Assembly (NCBI GenBank): GCA_000934665.2
Contig: KZ537993.1
Span: forward strand, 124,001 to 188,000
DNA length: 64,000 bases
Source of the DNA: Catajapyx aquilonaris
Taxonomy: Eukaryota
Direction of reading: 5' to 3'
Part shown: positions 52,515 through 64,000 of the stretch, in pieces
Layout: every line of letters starts with the position of its first letter
How positions within the stretch are numbered: the first letter of the stretch is position 1
Notes under the pieces: model-generated
Database searches by the model: none
The model's input: the letters and a program-made list of their open reading frames with translations, nothing else
Told to the model about the DNA's origin: nothing
Translations under genes and position numbers: made by a program

Positions 52515-55500
52515 TAATTGATGTGGTTTACAAAATATTAGCTACTACTATTAGGTTGTGTGTGCGCCTACCCATACTTTATGAAGCATGCAAAGGGGGT
52601 CTGGTCTGCAAAAATGGATTACGTATAAGTCGTATATCATTCACATTTGATGTCAATGATTTCAATGGGCCATTTCGCAATCGTAACGTCACTATACAAT
52701 GCAAGGAATGGATGTATCAATGTATCATGCATGATTCAATTCAGCCTAATATTAAAAGCTTATGCTTTTGATAACCACTGAAAGTAACTGAGTAAGCACG
52801 AGTACCTGATGCTTAATAATAGCCAGATATTAGGAAAAAACTGCAACAGCAATTGGACAAGTATTTTGCATCACCATTGCATGTGTATTTTGACTTAGAC
52901 ATATTTTCGTATTGTCCCCTGGTAGAATATTTTGACTGGTCTTTTTCAGTACTGAAGTTTTCAACTTCCGAGTATTTAACCTATAACATTTGTTTCATTT
53001 TTAAGTAAAACATATAGCAGGTCTATATTTGATTTTTTCTGGGCCATTTCTAATCCATTAGGACATTTTCAAAATATGAAGTCTTCATTTGCATCACATT
53101 CTCTATCTACTCGTACATGGTGCGGAAATTTAACGTAAGTTACAGTCACTTTGGAGGATGGTTGAGGGGTTCTAGGAGATCATTTTGAGTAACTTATAGG
53201 TATCGTTGGTCTCCGCAGTTTAGTTGCCGAGATAATTAGCATTAAATAAAGCGTGCATTATATTAGGGGTTTCAAATATGACCAGCACTGATTTTTTTCC
53301 CGAACAAATGATCCCGCCCAACAAATTAACGACCTTGCACAATTGAATCGTAAACCCATCCCCTCTGTTCAGCATATGATGGGTGGTCCTGCTCGGTCTT
53401 GTCTGGAATTTCCAGGAGAGATAAGGTCAGATAACCGAGCAGAAAGTGTCATGGAGAGTGGAACAACGCATCATCATCAAATTAGGGAAAACGTCAATCG
53501 ATTAGAAATTTGGCAGAGAGCTAAAAGACAGTCTGGGGAACAGTTTCTCTCTCTAATCCATGTGTTTGAGTGGTGTAAAGCAAAGGGAACTGAGAGTGGA
53601 GAACCTCAAGACCCAATAAGACGCGAAGGACGCTCTCCGCTGGAAAAGTTATGGCGACTTTTTGGGGGGATTGTAAGGAAAATATTCGTGTTGATTTGTT
53701 ACCAGAAGGCAGAACAATCACTGAAGAATAGTATTCAGCCATTATCTTAACAGAGGTGGAGAAACAAGTCCGAACCAAGAGTAAGACTGGAGGAATTCGG
53801 ATATGCTTCCTCCAAGAGAAAGCGAAACCCCACACCGCCAAAAACCCCCATCAAAAAGTAAGGTGCCCCCCCCCTTCTAAACTCACTCTTTATTCCAGAT
53901 GTGACCTCAAGTGATTTCTACTTGTATGAAAGACTTACGTACGTCGGTTACAGCCGCAGTGCGCAGTGTGAAGACAACCATGCTGTGGTGGCAATTGTTC
54001 TAATAGAGTGGATACAATCAAAAAACATTTTTGAAAAGGGTATAAAACAGCTACCAGAACACTGAAATATTTTTTTGTAGTACCCAATGGGGAGTGTCTT
54101 GAAGGGTGGCATGTAAAAGAAGTCAGTGTGTAATATAAGGAATGTTCTTAAAAAATTCAGTCCTGTTCATATCGGAACAACCTATTACCTATATAGTACC
54201 ATCTTCTATAATTATGTAATGATGGATACTGCCTACGACACTTCCATCGCCTGGGCCACTGCTCCTATACACCCGATGGGATCGTTTATCTTAAATTAAA
54301 CATTATGGTAACACCTACCATTAAAATGAAAAGGCAAGGTCGCCTGGAGGGGGCAGGATATTTCAGTTTACTTTGTGTTTGGTGCCCATTAATTAACTAT
54401 GTAGCCTAACTAGGCTGCCGGAGACCCACGATAACGACACATCACGAATCCCTATACCATCCTCCAAAGTGACTGTAAGTTAAATTTCCGGCTCCCTGCA
54501 CAATATCCACTGCATCATAAGGGTTGGCTGCTGTACCAATGTACTGTATACAGGTCTACTGAACTGTAATTCGGCGCAGAACCTAAGAAGTAATGGCCAG
54601 TGTAAAAATAACATTGATCGTTAAATTGGTCAAGTCAACCGTGCCTGACACGTAGTTTCGTACCAAAGACGCAATAAGTTATCTATACTAAGGACGGAAT
54701 CGGAATGTGGTTATTGACTGATGTCAACAGTGACAGCAATTAAACTAGAAGACGGCCAGCTCTTCAGTTCGTCAGTGTCCCCAAGGTCCACTATCGCGCT
54801 TATATATATTTATATAGGCCTACACAATGTAATACATTGTTACTAACCGATTAGAATTAACACGCTGTATTATTGGTATTAACGGCCACAGCTTGTATCG
54901 TATGGAAACATTCGGTACATTTGCAACTTTGCACAATTTGCATGCTGCCACCTATAATTGCAAGTTGTACAATGTACAGTGTCAAAGCCTATGTCATCAA
55001 TGTTAATGGATGGCGCGTACACCCTGCGGTCGACGACTGGAGCAAGGCAGAAAGCGATTCTATAGACTTTACAATAGGCTTTGACTCCTTTGAGTCCTGC
55101 TGCAGTTACCACGTGCCGAAGGAACTGAAGGAAGGATGCTTTCTTGGAAGTAAGCCTCTGTGATATGATTACCATTACGAAAAATACGCTAATTAATATT
55201 AAATGAAGCGGACAAATTCTCCTAGGATATTATGTAATACATTGCTATTGAATTGTAATCATGATAAAACCACATCAGCTTATTCACTTTGAGTCAGGAG
55301 CGAGGCTATCCCAGTATTGCACAATACAATGTTGTGTGGGTATAGCGTCGTAGTAGTTGGAAGGTGAGGGATGGAGGGCCCCGATTGGGGTGTACGGGGT
55401 GAAGGGTGTTCGACCTGGTTTCACCTTGTGCCCGATTTTGGGGCAGTTTGCAACCAGATCGATCTCTTGGTCCCCTCCCCTGAGCTCGCCCACGCCACAA

Positions 55501-58500
55501 CTATTCTCTCCTTCAACCTCACCTCCTCAATAATTTTGTCACCAGGATCCGATTTGATATCGTGCTACTGCCTCGGCTTATTTAGTTCATGGCCATTGGC
55601 ATCGAGGAGATGCGCGCGCAACCTCCTGTTTGTTCGACGCCCCCAACTGACCTTCCTAGGGCATTGCTTGCACAACTATTTCGGCGGCACCAGAGGAGGG
55701 CCTTTGTTTCCACCAACTTGGGTTCAACCCGGCCTACTGCCAATTTCTAGCAAAAAAATAAAAATAAAAAACACGCAGAATTAAGAAACATTGTCGCAAT
55801 CTCCATATTAGTTTTTAACAAGTGTATAACATTGTAAGCGATAGTGCGAAGACATTGTTTGCAGCATGGCACGTAATGTGCCAAAGGGCAACATGGTTTA
55901 ATCAGCGATTCGCTGATAAGGTTCCCATATGGACGATTTTAACCTAATTCAAAAATAATTTTGTTCCGATAACAATTATACATATTTTGACCAAAAAAAA
56001 GAGGGCGTGGGTGTTGGCAATTTGGCAATGGGGAATAGTGTTGGGGCCATCGCCCCTCCTTGCCAAGGTCTGAAAAGGGGCAACGAACGCTGGGATTTTG
56101 TGAACAATGACTACGTCCCAATAACAAAAATTCGCCCCCCTACTGGACCCCCCTCCCATTTTTGCCATTTGTTGTCATACGGCAATTTTGACGACACCAC
56201 AATAGAATTAGCCCATCATAGACACCCCCCTCTTTTTTTGTTGATTGTTTATGGCTCCCTCCTACCTCCCTCTTGGTTTCCCGAAAGCCGAGGATAGGTC
56301 AGCTACCCTAGTGGCTATTTTGCCTCTTCTGCATGCTGGAGGTCGACTAGGTCAGTTATAAATGATCCAGGTGCCAGGGTACTTGTTATGGCGGAAGGAT
56401 GACTATAGAAAGGAACTATAGGTCTAGGAGTTGTCTAGACAAGGTTTGATAGCATATCGGGATTTTTTGTCCTACCGCTTTTTCTTTAGACTTTGGATAG
56501 AACTCGGGAGATAAGATCGAGCTTAATCTGCCTCTAATTAATAGTGCAATAAATATAATAGTTGCAGCTATAGAATATGATGTCACATGAGAAGTGCATG
56601 CCCATTGCCTTAGACAACCGGCCATAGAGCCTGTTATAGCACCAGTCCCGGTCATAAAACACGTGCGAGACTGATGGCATGTGGGTTGCATACGTGCAGG
56701 ATGCATAAAATCGTCTGGAGCACTTCTAAAGAGGGCAAACTCTGGACGTTTTGAGTCATCAGGATTCTGAGAAAAGCATTTGGAGAAGGAAACAAGGCGA
56801 TTAAATAGCGGAAAGAGAGGAAGATGAGAATGAAAAAGAGGTTTTTGGATGATGGCAGGCATCCAAGGCGGGTAGGGAGCAACGCCCTAGGGAGTTATCC
56901 TTGGATTCAACACCAAGTCTCCTCAAGGTCAAAAGAGGAGAGTTCGGATGCTGCTCGATGTGGACTTTTTCCATCGACTTGTTGACGGGTGTGTTTGTCA
57001 ACATCAGTCCAGGTCACTTACCAATCGCGATGACATTAGCCAGGAAATATATTGTTCTAAGCCATTGAGTCACTTCTGGTGCCTGATCTGTGGAAGTCCA
57101 CACTAGTGAAAACTATTCTGGAAAAAAAAACTGCATTGAATGTGACAGCTCAGCACGTGACTCAAAGCGATTTATCTCCATGCCTAGCATTTTGTCCAAT
57201 ATCACGCGACACGACTGCTGCATAACAGAACAATGATATAAGAATATTTTTTGAGCTGAAATTACCCAACAGGAATTTCCAGAATGTAACAATATATGTA
57301 TTGTAGAAATTTTTTGCATACCAACTAAAATACCATATTCATTGCTATATCTCAGGTTGCGCCAGGTAAAGTTTTACGAAGCACATACATACAGTACAGC
57401 ATAGTTGGCACCACTGCCCCTTTTCCTGCACCACATTTGGCTTCACTCGAAAAAAAATGTGTGTATTTGAGGGGTGTAGAGGGGGGAGCACAGGAGCTCA
57501 GCTATTTGGGATGACCTCCGAGGATGAATGGCGAGGGGTCGCGGGCCAGAATTGGAAACGAAATGGATCCGGTTGTAACCTTCCCACCACCACCATCACC
57601 ACCAGGGACATCTTTGCCCAATTTTGGGCCGTGCCCCCTTCAACTTCTTCCCCTCTTTCATTCGGGTGCAAGAATGACTCGCAGTCTATTTTTTCTCCTG
57701 GACTAGCTACGAAAAGGGGCATAAAAAGCAGGATGGCCCGAATTTTTTTTGCTGTTGTCTTCCTTTCTTCTTTTTTTTTCTGAACCAGAAGCAAAATGTG
57801 GGTAGGCAAGCCATGATTTTTATTTTGGAGGTCAGCAACCTATCCTCGGTAGAGACCTTGAGGGAGGAGTTGATACCACGTTCATGGCCGCACATTTCCT
57901 TGCTTGTGTTTATGCGTGACGACCCCGACGAAACCTGCCATTTACTACACCCTGCTTTTGTTTTCGGGGAGGGCCAGATTGAACTTTTTTTTTTTTTGAG
58001 GGTGTTTGATAGCCTGGTTGGTTGAGAGTAAGGTCGAAGTGATCGTTTTTGCAAATTGAGCAAGGTTATGTTGAACAGTGGACCTGAAACAGTGTGGTGT
58101 TGAATGAAAAATGTAGGCCTACAGGTCAGTTACGCCTGTACGCATTTTGATGTTTGTAATAGACTTTCAGCAGTAGACTGTGAAATTGTAAACAAGTTTT
58201 TAAATTTTCTTATTACTGACTTCAAAATAGGTTTTAGAAGAAAACAATATTGTTATTACGAAGCAGCTGTAGAGATATTAGTGTCAAAGGCAGATCAAAT
58301 AATCGGGGGCAGGGAGGATGAGTCAACACACTGGTTCACATTTTTGTCCTTAGAAGTATAGACTTCCAAACTGCTTATAAAACTAATAACAGAACTAAAT
58401 TGATCCTAGCACAAATTGAGCTCTTTCACCAGATACTTACCATGGAAACAATTATTTTCCACACGCAAGCTAATGGAAGCTCTTTTTTAATACACGTGGA

Positions 58501-61073
58501 GAAGGCATTTCAAAAGATTGCCTGTGAAAAATTATATTGTCTGTAAGAACAGCCAGTAAAAATCCGGTTGAGAGTGTTTTAACATGACATTATGCGATCC
58601 CGTTATCATCAAAGACTGCGGGTCGCATGTTGTGATTTGGTTTGACTTCTCCTTGGTTAAAAATGCACTCATGGATGATAAAAAAGGTGAATGGTTAGAA
58701 CACAGTTTCGTATCGCTGAAGCCAAGGGAGAAATAACACGCTTATTTATGCAGTCATTATTTACGAGCCGCAAGATTTATCATATTACTGTTTCTTGCAT
58801 ATTTAAAAAAACAAAAAAACATTTGCTTTGAAATAGACCTACCTGTACGGGTATTTGTCGGACCATACGGCGTATGTAAAAAATGAATAATGGTTTGTAA
58901 CTTGATCAATGCTCTATAATAAGTATAATGGCAGATGGATTTATTACATCTCTTGATCCAAAATGAAAGGGTAGTGACCGCATTAGTGACGAGGAGGGTG
59001 GAGGCTTGAGATGAGCAGCTTAGTCAGGATCGACGAACCATTTCAAAATGATTGACCGCCTCCTTCTGCTGCCCACTCACCTTCTTAAAATGAAAATGGC
59101 CTCCCCCATACCGTACCTTCCTCCCCTACCCTCCCACGTATTTTATTTCCCCGCAACTGAATTCTCGAAAGAATCTAGTTAACTGCGCATAAAACAATTA
59201 TTGCATTTCGACTTGGGACCAGGGATGGACTCCCTAATATGATATCTCATGTCACCAGACCTAACGTAAAGTGTGGTATCACTGCTTTCAAAGGTTGGCT
59301 CGGTGGCATATGAACCATTAGTGGAATGTTTTGGTTTGACAGTACTCCGGTTTCTTTCCTTCATGGAAAACGGAATGTGACTGAAAACGAGAATCGCCCA
59401 GTCCTTTTTTCGAATCTGATATGGACAACAAAGCGCTCGGTTTGTTGTAGTAAACGAAGTTTATAAACATGTGAGGACATGGAGACCTTGGGGTGAGCCT
59501 GTATCGCGTTTTCCTTGACTTTGGATTCTTTGAATTGTACTGTACTGCGACGCTCTGAAATTTGAACTGATGGTATCCCTTCCCATTCCTGGATGCTGTA
59601 TAGGAATACTGGAAATACAAAATGACTGCTCCTATCGGCAATGAAAAAACCTAATTCAAAAAAATGGCTGTGATATGGGCATGAAATTGAGTAAAAATTG
59701 GAGTAATAAATTGGCCCGCTCGCCCCCTTGATCCCTCAACATAAGAAGAAAGGACCATACTAGCTCAATATCTCACTTCACAACCTATGTATGAACAGTC
59801 CGTAAAGCTACCGTATGGTTCACTCAATGGACAGTGACATCCACTGTAGTAATAATTGAAAGGCGAGACCTTCTCTACGTTCCTCCATTTTTCACCCAAC
59901 TTGGTCAATTTAAATAAGAACAGCAAAAGTTATGCCATCGTTGTTATAATTCATAGTGCTAAAAATAATTTTATGGGTCTTGCAATACCTAATGATGAAC
60001 AAGCACCACTAACTTCCTCATGGGTGTCTGCAAGCCACGTGTCAAACCTCACCTATTTTCCAAACTCGTAGGAGAGGTAGCAGCACTTTTTCTTAACAAC
60101 TGCAGACTGGAATTAACCTCCCCTCCTCCCTATTTTTGGACCTAGGATGCACACCCTTCCCCATTTAAAAAAGAAAAAAGAAAAAAAAGAGAACTTGTAG
60201 TCGCACCATGTCACTGCTGGAGCGAGCAAGATAGCTTTGAAAGTCATCATGTATCTCAAAATCTCTTTATTTCACAGTCAGTAACCAGTAAACATGACTA
60301 GCTTCTCACAGCTTTGAACTACCTTTGAACACAGCCATCACGGAGATGAGATCATAAAAGTGCAAATGTGTAAGAATAAAATGTGTGGGTGATTTAAGAC
60401 ACTCGTGTTGCAGAAAGGCACATTCTACAAATAGATCTTTAAAATTCATCAGTCTGCAGCTCAAATCTCACAAGGAATAGAGCATAAGTAGGTCTCACAT
60501 ATTTGCTTGTAACGAATGGCATGTAAATCTGAGTCCAATCTTCGCTGCAGAAGGAAATGGGCCATTTTATGAGTTATGAGAAAAATAAAAATTGACTTTC
60601 AGTCTGCATATTAAATTCGGGACTAGTTGCATGGTCATACGTTCACGTCACCTTCTCCTTCCTACTTGTGTGGGAAGTCAGAAAATAACTTAGAACTTAT
60701 CACTGATACCTTCAATCAACCTTCATCATTGAAGTTTCAGTTCATTAATAAACCATCATGCCAGATACATGCAAATCTGTGGACACAACTTGCTGCTCTT
60801 CTTCATCAGTTCCTGACATACAAGAAGACAACTTTTATAAAATTGCTAGTCACATGCCAGTAAAATCTTTGACTTTCTTCAATCTTGACATCATAAAATT
60901 GTTTCATTAAAATGGAGAAGTTACCAGGTAATGAGGGGGGACAAGAGCAAACTTCCCTTCCCAAGTAGAAACGCCCTTTTCAGGTTAGATAACCCTTTCT
61001 CCTCTAGAGGTAATGTTACTTTCTAAAAACAGCATGGAAATGAATAACCTGACCATATTTGGGCTGAGGACAT

Positions 61074-61702
61074 TTAGTGGAAGATAGGAGGAGTGCTTTT
61101 GGCTGAGAGTCTTACAGTTTTCAGTCGGATTTTGACATTGCTTTGTGCTGATTTTGAGCCTGTCTTTTTCGAACAGGTAGTATGGTCGGCAGATTTTCTG
61201 AATATAGCTTCGGAGGTGCAGTACAATCGGGTCGCTTCAGCAAAGTCACCTTGTTCCTTGTGAAAAATTGCAAAATTCCTCAGAATCTTTGCCACCAACA
61301 CATGCTCATCACCATAAGCCTTTCTGCACATCTCCAAGGAACTCTCATATAAACTCTGAGCATCATACATTTTCCCTTGCCTGGAGTACAGTATAGCCAG
61401 ATTTAACCTCGCTTGCAAAGTTATTGGATGCATGTCTCCAAGGGTTGCTTGGGCTTTCTTCAGTGCAGCTGCCTGTCCTGCCTCAGCCTCCTTCACATGT
61501 GCTGTGGCTTGGACCGCATTAAGTCTCTCAGAGACAAGGGCAGCCAAGCGGGTCTTTCCGTGGGTGCGGTACAAGGTCGACAGGGATTCCAATCCACGAC
61601 AGAATATCGGGTGTGAAGGAGGGAGATGGTGGGAGTAGATCTGGAGGGACTGCTTCAGAAAAGCCCGGGACAGGCTGCACTTTCCACATTGGTCATGGAG
61701 CT
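61074..61702 (-). CDS. Terminal coding exon of a TPR-repeat protein (kinesin light chain/nephrocystin-3-like TPRs)
   Basis: Acceptor ttctaatttcag|AG at 61703/61702. LGDMHPITLQARLNLAILYSRQGKMYDAQSLYESSLEM and YGDEHVLVAKILRNFAIFHKEQGDFAEATRLY are KLC-type TPR repeats. Candidate AATAAA on the minus strand at 60271-60266. Upstream exons were not identified. Confidence 0.78.
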
Positions 61703-62414
61703 CTGAAATTAGAAATGGATGGATGAATGAGAAAGTAATGAATAATTGAGTTCCTCTGCAAGCAATAATGGGCAGTCCATAAAATCCATGGACGGGAAAA
61801 GGGGGGTCCTCAATTGTACAATACGGGGAAGGGGATTCACAATAATCGTATATGTATACAGCATTTTTGTAGGCGGATTTATGATTTAGAACCAATTAAC
61901 CAGTGACAAGGTTGAAGAGGGGCAGTGCCAGGCTGACTGTACATTTAAATAAAGGGGGGGGGGGNGGGGGGGTACACGAATTGTATACAAGTGTCTACCG
62001 GGGTGGGGTGGGGGTGAAAATAGTGAAAAAAATGTCTACATAATTTATGAACAGTCTCTAAATACTACATCACTAAAAAGATTCAAACAATAATTTTGCA
62101 TCGAAGTGAAATTCAATATTTTCTCTCTCGATTTCTGATCAAATGCAGCATCCATCCTACCCTTTCTTCCAGTGACGCATGTCACAAACATTCCAAATAA
62201 TTATGACCTGTTACTGGTGAGCAAAAAGAGTGAAAAATATGCTGCAGCACAACATACAATTTTTGGTTCATATTCAGATGCTCAAATTAGGAGGGAATGG
62301 CTTAAGTCTGGCACATTTTAATCAGAATGACTGGGTCTAAGAAAAATAGAATTTCAAAATAATGTGACACTATTGTGAACTAATATAATTATGATGACCA
62401 GGAAGGCTTATTAA

Positions 62415-62885
62415 CCCTTAATTACGTAGGGGGAGCCTGAGAGGCTCCAAGCACTATTTAAACGCATGTAACTTTTTCATTGAATTTTATTTTCCCCTGT
62501 CCTTCCGTGACTTTGTCAGAAAAACCTTCCTAAGCATGAAAAGGAAAGAATTTTTTTTAAAGTCCCTATTCTTTGGTTTAAAAAAATTCGTAACGAGGAA
62601 CAGGTCCCTCCTGTAACCGCTCAGGCTCTATATCTCGTAGGTGAAGCCTGAGCGGCTCAAGCATGATGTAACCTTTTAATTAAAATTTTTTCCTTGTCGG
62701 AATGTGCTGACTCAGCGTGTGATTTTTATGTTTTCGGAAGCCTAATGATCTGAACTGCACTTTCTGTATTTGAAAAGTCCAATATAACAATTTAGTTGAT
62801 AAGCAGAAATTTAAATATACTGTTGGAGCCTCTCAGGCTCCACCTACGTAGTTAAAGGTGTTTCGCCCACCTACGTAGTTAAGGG
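62415..62885. mobile_element. piggyBac-type MITE
   Basis: TTAA|CCCTTAATTACGTAGG ... CCTACGTAGTTAAGGG|TTAA, plus a subterminal inverted GGAGCCTGAGAGGCTCCAA. Confidence 0.85.
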
Positions 62886-62936
62886 TTAAGTGTCAGCAAG
62901 TGCTAGCTCTTGGTTCAGCTAGTACGCTGAATAGTA

Positions 62937-63095
62937 CAGTTCTGGTCATACATCGAGGCAACTGCCAGCGACATTTTCTGAAGCAGCAGAAGAAGGAATC
63001 GAAGATAAGCATTTCAAGCATGGGCGAGGAAGATTCCTTCTTCTGCCGCTTCGGAAAATGTCGCTGGCAGTTGCCTCGATATATGACCAGAACTG
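62937..63095. mobile_element. Tc1/mariner-type MITE (159 bp)
   Basis: TA|CAGTTCTGGTCATA...TATGACCAGAACTG|TA; 64-bp TIRs at 62937-63000 and 63032-63095. Confidence 0.85.
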
Positions 63096-63477
63096 TACAG
63101 TAGCTTTGTACGCAGCAGTTGTCATATATACTCCTAGTATTGCGACACAAAACTGTTATTTTGTAGAGCTTTAAAACTATGCATTTTAGAATGTGTTTAA
63201 TTTGCTCATTGGCACTTGCAGTGCTGCCAGGTTGTGCTTGAGACTGGAAGGAACTAACTTCAAAATGTGATTCAGAATATGAATTACCATATGTTATGAA
63301 TGACTTTCTTACACAATGGTTGCAATGGCTAATAAATTATTAGGCCTATTACGATTTTAAAGATCCACTTTGTCACTGCAACTACTCTGCCCTCTGATTC
63401 TTACCCTCCTTTATTAGGATTGTTTCACATAGGAAATTTCATGTGCCACTGTGATGTTTTCCACATGATTTGGCCAA

Positions 63478-64000
<523 letters not shown>

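Noticed and set aside
53343..54065. Possible small spliced plus-strand orphan gene
   Set aside because: Some GT/AG sites fit, but the donors are weak, the second intron would be only about 42 nt, the frame closes early, and I recognise no domain.
59179..59641. Overlapping minus-strand ORFs (107 and 61 aa)
   Set aside because: No recognisable domain and no consistent splice model.
61703..61895. N-terminal part of the 273-aa ORF 61074-61895
   Set aside because: It lies upstream of a clear splice acceptor at 61703 and is likely intronic read-through.

Overview
Eukaryotic, arthropod-type genomic DNA dominated by one large minus-strand gene, the ecdysone-induced nuclear receptor E75 (Eip75B/NR1D3). 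I reconstructed its common exons from GT/AG junctions with consistent phases: 9303-9215, 6001-5857, 4099-3858, 2385-2167, 1901-1727 and 1642-<1 (still open at the window edge). Five alternative N-termini are visible: C-like 49520-49403, a 'LLGRVLA' exon 30173-30068, A-like 9953-9857, a tentative B-like extension 6022-6002, and D-like 4277-4202. Mid-way through the 40 kb intron is a 51-nt in-frame cassette exon (23635-23585) that begins with GTAAGC, the signature of a recursive-splicing (resplicing) exon. Nested antisense in the same intron is a tandem pair of intact genes encoding only the C-terminal ubiquitin-like domains (about UBL3-5) of USP7, with no catalytic domain and no activation tail. 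The locus carries many EcRE-like IR1 elements and nuclear-receptor half-sites. Upstream are a 1.3 kb foldback DNA transposon, the last exon of a TPR gene, piggyBac-type and Tc1/mariner-type MITEs, and a terminal poly-T run that is probably an artefact. Homology calls come from motif recognition by eye; no database search was run.
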